Assembly (NCBI GenBank): GCA_951406725.2
Contig: OX597817.1
Location: 108,500,001 to 108,564,000 of the forward strand
DNA: 64,000 nt
DNA from: Octopus vulgaris
Lineage: Eukaryota
Reading direction: 5' to 3'
Below are positions 51,816 through 64,000 of this stretch, piece after piece (position 1 is the first letter of the stretch; every line of letters begins with the position of its first letter). The translations under genes and the position numbers were made by a program. Under the pieces are notes generated by a model that was not told the DNA's origin, made no database searches, and worked only from the letters and a program-made list of their open reading frames with translations.

Positions 51816-52712
51816 TGTAAAGGAAAGAAAATGAAACTCAACGCATATGGCCCGGGTTACATATATTTTTAAATAGCAGTTTGACTCAGTTCCATGTGAC
51901 TTAGAAGTTCCGGGAGCGTGATATTAAATATTGGAAGGAGAGTTCCTTCAGCCGATGTATGATGTGATGGGTTCATTATACACACCCACGGAACGGAACA
52001 TTGAATCACATGGAGCTGAATGAAAATGTTATTAATAGAAAGAATAGCCACACTCCCCTCAAATAAATTTGTACACGCGCGCCCGCCCGTACACACACAC
52101 ACACAAACATTATGTATTCACAGACAGATACAAACATATACTAAAATAAACCTTCGCTTGTGTGTGCACATGTAAATTTATCTTTTCATTTTGTCTTCTT
52201 TTAATTACCTCACTGCTGCCAATCTATGGGTACTGTTCTCTAAGAGATTAAACAGAACAGGAGGATACACGTGAGATTGAAGAATTTCTGAACTGTCACA
52301 GATGTGTGACGAAAAATCTCTAGGCAATGGACATAGGATAGAAGAAAAAGAAGAATAAACAAGAGAAGAACTAATATGTAGTGCCTTTGTTTATTTGACA
52401 AGAAAATTATAATGACCATCCCAAAATATAACAATTTCTGTTTCAACACACGAACGATTTCACAAGAATCTTTCAAAGCAAATTTATAGGCGTATACATC
52501 CCCCACACACGCACACGCACACACACGCATACACACACAAATGTAAAGGAAAGAAAGTGAAGCTCAACGCATATGGTTCGGGTTACATGTATTTTTAAAT
52601 AGGTGTTTGACGCAGTTCCATGTGATTTAAAAGTTCCGGGTGCGTGATATTAAATATTGGAAGGAGAGTTCCTTTATCCGATGTATGATAAGATGAGTTC
52701 ATCATACGCACC
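51816..52712 (+). repeat. Diverged direct repeat of about 170 bp (51816-51986 and 52542-52712)
   Basis: Both copies read tgtaaaggaaagaaa.tgaa.ctcaacgcatatgg...gcgtgatattaaatattggaaggagagttcctt; spacing 726 bp. Confidence 0.85.
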
Positions 52713-52799
52713 TACTATGTATACATATATTTGTATATTTACACACATATACATCCATCCATTCACGAACACACACACACACACATATGGATAAACATC

Positions 52800-54720
52800 A
52801 TCATTATATGGTCGAGCTTGCTCGGACAGTCTTAAACCGCACACGCCATCCATCTCAGCCTTGTATTAGTTAAAGGAGGTCTTCGGGGAGGTATCCAGTA
52901 TTTCTGTTGAGTTGATCTACATACGTTGTATTCGGACGACTAACTCGAGTACGGTCATACTTTGACAACCATAGCATGCACTCGTTTAGCGTCTTCCCTT
53001 ATAATGGTGGAAACAGGCAGATCACCACGCAGCTGTTTCTTGGGGGGATCAAGTTATGTTTGAGACTGCTCTTAACATTCGGGTGTAGAATCTATCTAGT
53101 TTGGGGTTTAGATTTTTAATACGTGTGCAGGCTGTTGCTCCATATAAAGGAACTGACTCTACTGTTGTACGGAAAAAAATTCTCCCAAGGTTGTCTGATA
53201 GGGTTGATTTCCAGACAATATCCTATTTGCTTACGGCCGACCATGCTTTCTCTGTCCGAGTTTTTACATCCTTTTCAGTTGAGTCCATCTTAAAGCCGAC
53301 GTCTCTGAAATCATCAACTCGATTGATGGGGTTGTCCACTGATGTTGCTGATGGATCCTTGTTGATTGTAAGCAATGAACTTAGTTTTACTTGGATTAAC
53401 ATGTAGTTTAACATCATGTACAGCTAATTCTTGGATGGAGTTTGATACTGTGCCAGAAAGCAAGGCCAAATTATCAGCATCATCTATTTCGGTTACTTTT
53501 TGGATATTTCGATCGATCTTCTACTTGCGAGTGTGAAACCAAGGCTATTTGGATTATCAAGTGATGTTCTGAGGATATAATCTAGAATGATCACAAAGAG
53601 AAAAAGTGCCAGTTTGTCTTGGAGTATTCCAGCTTTATATCAAAGAAACTTCTATGTCTGTCGGAGGACATTGCAATTGATTTGGTGTTAGATTATGGAA
53701 CATCATAATTGCTGCTGTTTCCTCTTTGATACCATATACCAGTAGTATTTTTTCCTGTTACCATGATAGATGAAGTCAAAAGCCTTTGAGCAATCAACGA
53801 ACAGTAATATTGTTTCAAGATTTTATAGCTTTTACTCGTTGAAATAAACAACAAGCTGTAAGGAACTGTCCGACAATTGATCAATTCGTTCTAAAGCCCT
53901 TTTTTCAATTTCTAGTTGTATCCTGTTAATGGGGAGGGTATAATACATTTTTGCAGTAATGTCTGTAAGAATGATGCTTCTATAGTTCTTTGTGAGACCT
54001 AAATCTCTTTTCTTTGGAAATGGGAGTATGCAGCCTCCTGTCCAATTGTCAATATTATCTCCATTGTGGGGTGAATTGCAGAAGCCTAGCAGAATATCAT
54101 TGAATTTTTGTTTACCAGGCTTCCAGTTCAGCAATCTGGTGGTGTTAAGGGCTATCAATTCGTCGATGGTTGTGGTCAATAATTGATGTTACATTTGTAT
54201 CAGATACTGAGGGTGTATTATGAGGGTACATTTTGAAAATGATCCCTCCACCTTTTTAAGCACACCTCTGGATTAGTTTATCCTTACGCTTATTTCATTT
54301 ACTGTCTCTCAAGCTAAGGATACCTGCTTGTTCGCAACAGCGTGTTTAATTGATTTTAATTTGGATGTAGCGTTGTTGCTGAAATTGTTATAGGCCTGCT
54401 ATCTATTTCTGTAGCTTTTTGAAATCGACTTCATTTGAGGGGCTTGGATTTATAATTTTAGACTGAACGTTTCTTACAGAAATTTACCCTTGTTTATTAT
54501 CTCTTGGTTATCCCAGTGGGGACTTGGTTTTATGGGTATGATCTCTTTTTCAAATTCTATGTGGGACGTTACAAAATGATTGTATGTTGTGTTGGAGAAG
54601 TTTGTTTCACTTTCATTTTGTAGTAGTTCAGATATGTTTCTAACTGCTATGGTGTATTGATTGCGGATTTCTTGGTTATTAGTTAAACCTGACTAGATAT
54701 ACGCGGGCCTAAAGCTGAAT
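52800..54720 (-). mobile_element. Decayed RTE-clade LINE (RT region to 3' end)
   Basis: Minus strand GGCILPFPKKRDLGLTKNYRSIILT, GILQDKLALFLF, DDFRDVGFKMDSTEKDVKTRTEKAW. Confidence 0.75.
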
Positions 54721-55007
54721 TTGCTTTGCTAAGGCAAACGTTTGATGAACCAAGCACAAAATTAACGAAGAGGTTTCCAATTTTTATGAGACACTCTCTC
54801 CTCATCACTATGACAAATACCAAAGCAGAGTGCATTTATAACTGGAGGTGGTACAAATTCTCATCTCGAAAGATCCGAAGACCATACTGACGCATTCCAC
54901 ACAGCCACGAACAGAGAAGGCCAATATGTAACTGAATCTATTCTTGAAAGTCTAGACGCCAAATTGAAAAAAGAATCCCTACCCAAGCCATATATATTCA
55001 CCTATAC

Positions 55008-55240
55008 CTATTTCTTTATTACCCACAAAGGAATAAACACAGAGGGGGCAAACAAGGACAGACATAGGTATTAAGTCGATTACATCGACCCCAGTGCGTA
55101 ACTGGTAGTTAATTTATCGACCCCGAAAGGATGAAAGGCAAAGTCGACTTCGGCGGAATTTGAACACACAACGTAACGCAGACGAAATACCGCTAAGTAT
55201 TTCGCCCGGCGTGCTAACGTTTCTGCCAGCTCGACGCCTT
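55008..55240 (-). mobile_element. Family A SINE, near full length
   Basis: Close reverse-complement match to the family A consensus including head and subfamily tail. Confidence 0.9.
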
Positions 55241-55399
55241 ACCATACTAATAACATACCTATACCAATAACTTGCATACATAACTGGACTACATGCTAAT
55301 CGAGAAGAAATGAGTGAATAGCGCCTTACACACAGTCTTTCAATACTTTTCAAGGAATGACCAGCAGAAGCAAAATTGCCCCATCATATATATATATAT

Positions 55400-55705
55400 A
55401 TAGAGGTTATGAGAGGTAATGGTGTCAATAAGACCCAAAGGTGTCAGGCAGCGGTGGAAAGTGTTTACAAGTCATTGAAAAACACACAAAAACCGTTGGA
55501 TTCACTTCAACATTAAAATTTAATTTGTCAAAATATTTTCGTCACTTTGAAACCGCAACCTCTTTAATGACAAAATTCCGTGCTGCATCTGATGCAACGG
55601 GTTTTGAGTGTTTTTAATGGCTTATAAACCCCTTCCACGAGGAAGTTCTTGTTTCAGCACACGATCTCAGATCAAGTCACTTGCAATGCAAGTACATCTC
55701 CCTAA
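55400..55705 (-). mobile_element. TA-embedded fold-back element with a decayed hammerhead (Penelope-like remnant)
   Basis: Inverted arms 55454-55498 and 55595-55638. Between them, minus strand tttgtca TTAAAGA ggttgc...gtgac GAAA atat TT tgacaaa. Confidence 0.55.
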
Positions 55706-55713
55706 TATGTATG

Positions 55714-55752
<39 letters not shown>

Positions 55753-55770
55753 TGTATATATATGTATGTA

Positions 55771-55810
<40 letters not shown>

Positions 55811-56002
55811 TGTATATATATATGTATATATATACATGCATCTCGTTGTTCTCTACGTTTTTTGTGGTGTCCTGTACCCATATATGCACGTATATATACA
55901 TATAGATGTAGGTATGTATATATATGTATGTATACATGCATATGTTTTATCTATTAAATTGCTATTATATGATTGAACGCCACGCGTCCTCTTCCAAGTA
56001 AG

Positions 56003-56051
<49 letters not shown>

Positions 56052-56244
56052 TATATATATATATCTATCTATCTATATATATATATATATATATATACAT
56101 ATATATACTTACATATACATACATATATATGTACATACATATACATGTATACATACATACATATATATATACATACATATATATATATATATATTCATAT
56201 ACATACATATATATATATATACATACATACATATGTATACATGC

Positions 56245-56293
<49 letters not shown>

Positions 56294-56322
56294 TACGTAC
56301 ATATATATAGATATATACATAC

Positions 56323-56355
<33 letters not shown>

Positions 56356-56358
56356 CAA

Positions 56359-56402
<44 letters not shown>

Positions 56403-57042
56403 ATACATACATACATACATACATACATACATACATGCATATACAGGATGACTCCAAAATGTACACCCAAATAGTGCAATTACTGATAGTTCACTTAATT
56501 TTCGTTTCTTTTTAGAGCTAATATGTGAGCTATAATGAAGAGAGTCAGAATAAATTTCCAATGAAGGAATGTCTCCAAAAGTACCATTAGAAATTTGGAA
56601 ACGCAGTCGATGTGCAAAGGCAGCTTAGGAAGGAGTTTCACACAGAAGCGTATATGTGACTTACCATCACTCGATTTAGCTAGAACTTTGGAGTAGATAA
56701 ACTTGCCCACAAACACTGTAGATATCGACGTGGCCCACAAAGCAAGAAGGAGTAGAAGAAACAAGCGAAGTGTAACATAGAATTTAGAAAACAAGCGTCC
56801 ATCGCAATAAGAAGCACTGACATTGGAATAGTTACATTCCAAGAATAGTCCATCGTTTCAATGAAGATCAGCCGGGAAGAGGGGAGTTTTGCGAATGGTA
56901 CTTGGAAGATGTGTACGTATGTATGTATGTATGTATGTATGTATGTATGTATGTATGTATGTATGTATGTATGTATGTATGTATGTATGTATGTATGTAT
57001 ATATATGTATATATATATGTATATATATGTATATACATACGT

Positions 57043-57156
<114 letters not shown>

Positions 57157-57846
57157 CTCTTATTATAAAAGGCAGATTTTATCTGCCTCCCTTTGGGAGT
57201 TATAGAAATCTACAATATAGGATTTCTTCAATTACAATTTACCTAGCATTTTTGAGAGTACAATGCATCGCGTCATGCCAGGTCCAGTTTTTAAAATTTA
57301 AACTCCAATTAAGCAAAATTTACAGAAAACTCACATTCTGGTGTGTGTGTCAAATGCTTTTCTTAGTCTGGTTTACACCACACGCAAACGCACACACACA
57401 GTGGGCAACGAATAAAATGAAAGTAAATAGCGACAGAGTGATTTGAGGAAGACTAAAGTGAAAGTATTCTGTCTATGACGCTGATAGATACATGAGTAAA
57501 ATGTATGGGAAGCTAAGAGCTAAGAGTGAGTGAAAATGTTCTTGGAAGAGAGTAATTAGTAATAAAGTAAACATACACTCATACATACATATATACATAC
57601 ATACATACATACATACATACATACACACACATACACACACACATACATACACACACACACATACATACATACACACATACATACATACATACATACATAT
57701 ACATACATACATACACACACACACATACACACACACACAGTATTGAAGCTTGAGAACAATCAGATACATTTGCAACACATCTGTTGAAAATATTATTGTT
57801 CACACACATACATATACATATATACATACAGACAGACAGACAGATA

Positions 57847-57882
<36 letters not shown>

Positions 57883-57889
57883 ATCCAGC

Positions 57890-58055
57890 ATGGCCACAAC
57901 CTCAAGGCTGAAACATATAAAAGAATAACAGAATATAAATGTGTGCAAACTACAAGAAATATTAATGCAGTATATGGGGATTGGACAATAAGCGTAAGTC
58001 AGTGTCAATGGTGGTTCCAGAAATCCCGAGCCATAAACTACAGCCTAGAAGGAGT
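57890..58055 (+). pseudogene. Mariner transposase N-terminal HTH fragment
   Basis: TTRNINAVYGDWTISVSQCQWWFQKSRAINYSLE resembles the mariner/SETMAR-type N-terminus. Confidence 0.6.
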
Positions 58056-58059
58056 TTTG

Positions 58060-59097
58060 TTGGTCTATCGCTCAACTGTGCCCCACACATAGTAATTAAG
58101 GTGGCTGCAGTCTGGGGAGTTATGTAGCCAGGTGTTAGGGGGGTTGCGGTCACAGACATTGTCTGACAGCCATGACTGGGTTCTCCTGATTGTGTGACAT
58201 GGTGCAGAGCCCTGTTGTCAGACATAGGGTCTTCCAGCAGCCACCATTTTAACCCAGGGCAGCACTACCTCCTTCACGAACTTGATGTAGGCCTTCGTGT
58301 TGAGTCTGAGGCCGTTTGGGAAGATGAATGGAGACATAACGTTACCATCACTAGTGATCACTCCAAACAGCATGATATTTACTGGATGTTTGATTTTTAT
58401 CTCTCCCGGTACATATTTTGTGGACACGGCAAGCCAATGTTTGTTCTGTGTGTTCACCATTTGATCCTGACAGAAATTTTTTCGACTGAAAAAAACAAAC
58501 AAACAAAAAACAAAAAAAGCATACTCGGTTGGAGGGATGATTGAGTTTGTTCAAACTCTTCGTAGCACGGTCTTCCTCTTGTCCTTGATGGTTTGAGATA
58601 AAAATTAGCCCTTTCCCATCTTGTATGAGCAATACTGAATGTCTTCATGCACTATTTGCCTGATAAGAAACTTAGAGACTCTCATGTCCTTGGTGATGGA
58701 CATGACTGATTTGGCAGGAACGTTGTCAGTCATGGTCTGGATCTCACCAACAAATTCAGGAGTTCTTTTCTTATCAGAACGATCAGAGTGAGTTTTCCGA
58801 GCTGCAGTACATTCGTAATCCCCATTAGACTCATCCAACTCTTTCCGAATCCTCTGCACTGTCCCCAGATTGACACCCACTCTGAAATGTTCGTATTGGA
58901 GCTTCAGGAGCGAATGACGAGCAGTACAGCATGTCGGTTCCAAATTTCTGGCAGAGTGAATTGCGTCATGATACTGTTTTTCTCATGGACAGTGCCCAAC
59001 TGACACTACTATACGGTGTCGACAAAATCAAAATCAAAGCATGTGCATGCGCGAAATTAAAAATATAAAATTGCAACAATTTACCCATCGCACTCTG
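58060..59097 (-). mobile_element. Decayed maT-like Tc1/mariner element (left end plus transposase)
   Basis: Terminus cagagtgcgatgggtaaattgttgcaatttt at 59097; FFSRKNFCQDQ, KHPVNIMLFGVITSDG, QQGSAPCH; right end not found. Confidence 0.8.
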
Positions 59098-59105
59098 TGT
59101 GTGTG

Positions 59106-59186
<81 letters not shown>

Positions 59187-59261
59187 GTATATATATATAT
59201 ATGCATATATATATATATTCATGTATGTATACATACGTCCATACATACATACATACATACA

Positions 59262-59297
<36 letters not shown>

Positions 59298-59300
59298 TAT

Positions 59301-59352
<52 letters not shown>

Positions 59353-59864
59353 TGCGTGATAAACTCGGAAACGGATATAACGAAATATAACCCTCTAACA
59401 CAATACAGTAACCGAGTTGATAGAGTTGTATTTCGTTATATATATATACATATACCTGTGTATAAATAAATATCTATACGTACATAAATTCAAATACATA
59501 CAGACATACATATATATGTTATATCTATATTATATTTGTGTATCCGCATAATTGCCCCTATATGTCTGTCTGTCCATCTATGAAATTAATGCGTATGTAA
59601 TTAAAAGTAACGTTAACTGCTTACATACCACGGCGTTTAAATTGGAAGAAAAATATTTTTCGGCTATTTAACTTTTGGAACTATTTAGCATATCAAACGT
59701 GAACCAGAAATACTGGTAATTTCTCTGAATAGCCAGAGAAATTAAGGGGTATAGTATAAAGAAAGTTATTCATAAAAAAAAAAGCGTTAAGCTTTACCCA
59801 TAATCTATGCTAGAATTCTCTGTATTTAGATATGGACATATATCGGTCTGCGGAAAGGCAACAA

Positions 59865-60052
59865 GGAGGCTGAATCGTTAGCCTGCCAGGCAAAATTCTT
59901 AGCAGCATTTCATCCGTCATTACGTTCTAAGTTCAAATTCCACCGAGGTCGATTTTCTGGGTCGATAAAACAAGTAGCATTTGACCAATGGGGTCGATGT
60001 AATTTGCTGGTCGATGTAATTTGCTTCCCGAAATTGCTGGTCTTGTGTCAAA
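59865..60052 (+). mobile_element. Family A SINE (decayed)
   Basis: gaatcgttagcctgccaggcaaaattcttagc...gttcaaattccaccgaggtcga. Confidence 0.75.
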
Positions 60053-61675
60053 AATATTGGACTGCGTAGATACAGAGTCATTTCTGTTCAATTAAGATGC
60101 TTTTATCTACTGCGGTGCTTATTTTCAGGTCTGCTGTTTATATCATTTAATCTATGCTATAACGATCTCTTAAGTTGTTCGCTCTAAAGAAACAATAGAC
60201 AGAGACACAGAGACATATACACTCACACACGCGCATACATACGCACAGAGATGCACTTAGGTATATACATACATTGTTACATGCCCGTGATATTCGTATT
60301 TGTATGTATACTTGTGTATGTATGCATGTACGTACGTATGAATGTCACAGTAGGACATCCGATACGCTAATAACGATTGTTAAGGCAGAAATAAAACAGA
60401 ACAGAACGCAAAATGTAGACTCTTTGAAAACAACGTTGAGTGGAAAACTGGAAATCGTTATAAGCACGAAACAAAACAAACCATCTGTACACACTGTTTA
60501 TACTCATTATTTAGTATGTCTTAGTAATGTAAACACATTTCTGTTAATGACAGTGTTAGAATACATGAGCAGAAAACATGCAGCCAGTGACAATCTGCAT
60601 CATTTGATTTTCATTTTTTCACTCTCAATTTGTCTCGTCTTGTATATGTATATTTATTTTTAAAAATTCGCTATATATTTATATTTTCTATTCATATGGT
60701 CATTTGGTATTCTTTCTTAAATTAGATGTTGTCTCAATATTGTAACATTTTCGTGAGAAACCTCTCATTTGATTACATACATATTCGTGAATATGAATAT
60801 GCATGAGAACATGTATATATTTACATACATATTCATATACACGGCCATCTAAGCCTGGTAAAGCTTGTTCTTCTCTAGGTCTGACTACAGCTTACATATT
60901 ATGGTAAGCAGGAAAGAGAGGGGATATATATATATATACAGAGAGAGAGAGAGAGGGGGAGGGAGCTGAAGCGACCATTTTACAAGGCAGGGATACCATA
61001 TGTCGACCTCGAAAGGAAGATAGTTAAAGTTGACCTTAGCTGTATTCGAAAACCGAATTGACACCGTCAACTCGCTGCATTTATCTGTCTATCCATCTAT
61101 CTGTCTGTCTGTCTGTCTATCTATCTATTAATCTATCTATCTATCTATCTTTCTATCTATATATATATCTATCTATATATCTATCTATCTATCATATGTA
61201 CACACACATATGTAAATAGAAACACACGCAATAAAGGCGCATATATCATCATATATTATGCAACATAGATTTCTAGTCCATTGGAATCATCTTCCTCTCG
61301 AGAAAAGAATTACCTTGTAGTAATTGCAACCAGCTCCGAATAATAAAGGAAGAATATGTAAAGAACCAAGAATTCTGTGAAAATGATGTACCGTAATGGA
61401 AAATGCTTTCGCGCGCGCACGCATACAGCAGGCTTCCATGGCGTTTCCATTTATCTAGGGACTAAACTCGGAACCATATGAACGCAAAGTGTAATCCTTA
61501 ACCACATAGGTATGACTGCAGCACTATATATATCGTTGCAGCTATTTCAGATGCCAAGACATCAAAAATTGTCAAAGCGTAGAACAACGGTTTTGCTATG
61601 GAATGGTTAAACTATTTTTTTTCGTTTTCTGAAAAAGAAACGTTTTCGACTTACGAAGCTTTTGCATAATAGCAA

Positions 61676-61709
<34 letters not shown>

Positions 61710-61712
<3 letters not shown>

Positions 61713-61892
61713 CGTCACCGACCAGGCTATCAGATGTTGCTACACATCGCTGGTCACAACACAATGCGCTTCGCATTGTTTTAGCCTTCAAATTACGCCA
61801 GGCCGCTGGTTAAGCGAGCAGGCTAACAGAAGAAAGAGAGAAAGTTGTCGCGAAAGAGTACAGCAGGGATCGCCACCAGCCCCGGCCGGAGA
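61710..61892 (-). mobile_element. Family C SINE central segment with a third tail type
   Basis: Minus strand ctccggccggggctggtggcgatccctgctgtactctttcgcgacaactttctctc, then a tail unlike those at 14133 and 44930. Confidence 0.65.
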
Positions 61893-62103
61893 TATAGATA
61901 TCTAAATTCTTTGTTGTAACAAGCATTAACAGGCTTCTGGGTGCAAGTCAAAGCAAAAAGCGGCTGCAAATATACCACCTACACTGACCTGTAATCCTCA
62001 AACTTGCAACATTTGGGGCTTTCTTTGCAAATCGGGACTTAAGTGTCACATTCGACGTAAACGTTATGACTGACAAAGAAAGAAACCGACGGGAGAGTCC
62101 ATG

Positions 62104-62189
<86 letters not shown>

Positions 62190-62329
62190 GTATAGTATTA
62201 GGAAGGGAGTTTAAAACTAGTTGCTTTTTTCTTTATGAGATCAGCAACTGTGTGTCACTTTAAAAAGTATATAGTATGAACAAATCGAATAAGCCCTCAC
62301 CACTGGCTTGTGATTATTTCGCACTGAAA

Positions 62330-62665
62330 ACAGGCCATTGAAGAGCCTTTAGTCGAGTAAACAGACCCCAAGACTTATTTTTAAACCCTTGCACTTATTC
62401 TGTCCTTCACTTTTGCCAAACCCTTAAGTTACGGGTACGTAAACACACCAACACCAGTTGTCAAGCACTGATATTAGAGACAAATACACACATATAGATA
62501 CACCCACACACTCACACACACATTGTTTCAGTTTCCGTCTGCTAACCTACTCACAAGGCTTTGGTTGACTCGAAGAAAATTGCTCAAGGTACCACACTGT
62601 GGGACTGAATCCGGAACCATGTAGTTGGAAAGCAAGCTTCCTACCACAGAGCCACGCTTGTGCCA
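62330..62665 (-). mobile_element. Family B SINE
   Basis: Reverse complement of the family B head (gtggctctgtggtaggaagcttgctttcc) and tail. Confidence 0.75.
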
Positions 62666-63464
62666 ATATGTAGAAAATTTATATTTATTTAGGTACGTTT
62701 ACAGTTAACGACTACAGACACAAACGAACGCATGTATACAGTTTGGTTATATTACAAACAGCAGTCGTTTTCGACATCATCAAACGAATTTGAAAGTTCG
62801 ACAATTGAAAAATTCACAGCAGGTTTAGCCTGGAAAAATATCCACGAAAATATCTGAAGTGGTCTCGAAGAAAACAAGACTAAAGAAGTGCGGGGTTAAT
62901 TCTTAATATGGAAGTTTTGAGTTCTAACTTTATACTATTGCAAAGAAAAAGTTAAAATAAATGTAGAAGGGAAAGATAAAGAGCAAAATAGAAGTCGAAG
63001 AGGAAGAAAGCAAAAAAAAAAAAAGGGAAGAGAAAGGATCAGAAGAAAGAATATTTGGAGGACATGAAAAAGAAAAGGGGAAAGAAGATTAAGAAAGAGG
63101 AGGAGAGAAAAATGGTGATGACAAGCGGGTGGAGAAGAAGTAAAAGAAGGTGAAGAAGTTGAAGAAGAAGAGAGAGGAAAAGGTGGATGAGATGAAAGAA
63201 ATTAAGGTCATAGAATCTAAGCACAGAGGTGGTAAAGATGAGAAAAATCCCCGAGGTAAAAACCATCCTTAAACGGAAAGTTTTGTGTGGTTAGTGGAAT
63301 TAAATTTCTTAAATTAGAAAATACATAAAAAAAATTATGAGTTGATAAAATAGAAGGGAGTCTGCTGGTTAAAGAGAGAAAGACGCAAAGATAAGCTAAG
63401 GAAATATCGTTACAAGTAAATAAGGTTAAAAAATATAAATAAAAAATAAAAATAAGCATAGGTT

Positions 63465-63775
63465 CTTCTCAACCACGGGGCTTAGGTCGTGGTCCCACTG
63501 CGCATCATCATGGGAAAATGCATCTTACTATACACACCTAGGCAGATTTATACCTCGTGAGTGGATTCATTTGGCAGAAACTGTATGGAAGCCTGTCATA
63601 TATATATATGTATAAATGTATGTATATGTACATATACACGCACACACATTGATGTATATGTACACACACACACACATTGATGTATATGTACACACACACG
63701 AACACAGACACGCGTGCACACACACACACAGTGCTCTAGCATGACCACAATCAAATATCTGAAACTAGTAAAAGA
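63465..63775 (+). mobile_element. Family B SINE (highly decayed)
   Basis: tcccactgcgcatcatcatgggaaaatgcatctt...gtgagtggattcatttggcagaaactg...gtgctctagcatgacc. Confidence 0.5.
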
Positions 63776-63797
63776 GTATAATATATATATATGTGTG

Positions 63798-63886
<89 letters not shown>

Positions 63887-63888
<2 letters not shown>

Positions 63889-64000
63889 GGTCGCAATGGC
63901 CCAGTGGTTAGGGCAGCGGACTCGCGGTCGTAGGGTCGCGGTTTCGATTCCCTGTATTCGGGCGGTGTGAGTGTTTATTGAGCGAAAACACCTAAAAGCT
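63887..64000 (+). mobile_element. Family C SINE head (runs off the window end)
   Basis: gcaatggcccagtggttagggcagcggactcgcggtcgtagggtcgcggtttcgattccc with A- and B-box-like motifs. Confidence 0.85.

Noticed and set aside
62940-63460. Purine-rich stretch with hydrophobic minus-strand ORFs
   Set aside because: Low-complexity GA-rich sequence gives F/L/S-rich translations by composition alone.
63887-63955. tRNA-like sequence (also at 14133, 10850, 27010)
   Set aside because: A/B-box heads run straight into SINE bodies and I could not fold a complete cloverleaf; treated as SINEs, not tRNA genes.

Overview
AT-rich, microsatellite-saturated animal genomic DNA with no intact host protein-coding gene that I can recognise. 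The SINE and LINE complement and the (TA)n, (CA)n, (ATCT)n and (TACA)n load suggest an octopus or other coleoid cephalopod (inference). The window holds dozens of tRNA-derived SINE copies from at least three families, decayed non-LTR retrotransposons (CR1/L2-type, R4/Dong-like, Hero-like RLE, RTE), a full-length DD37D (maT/mori) Tc1/mariner element with perfect 26-bp TIRs, other mariner remnants and a probable non-autonomous Helitron. A candidate minus-strand promoter and first non-coding exon lies near 47 kb. The most notable structure is at 11621-12859: a very young, non-coding 535-bp unit inserted into (TA)n as two head-to-head arms. Each arm is longer than one unit and carries an intact minimal type I hammerhead ribozyme, which fits a retrozyme or non-autonomous Penelope-like element copied from a circular or multimeric RNA. 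Several other TA-embedded fold-back modules with decayed hammerhead cores suggest a wider set of such families. Most ORFs in the supplied track are microsatellite artefacts. Boundaries of decayed repeats are approximate, and family names come from motif recall, not database searches.
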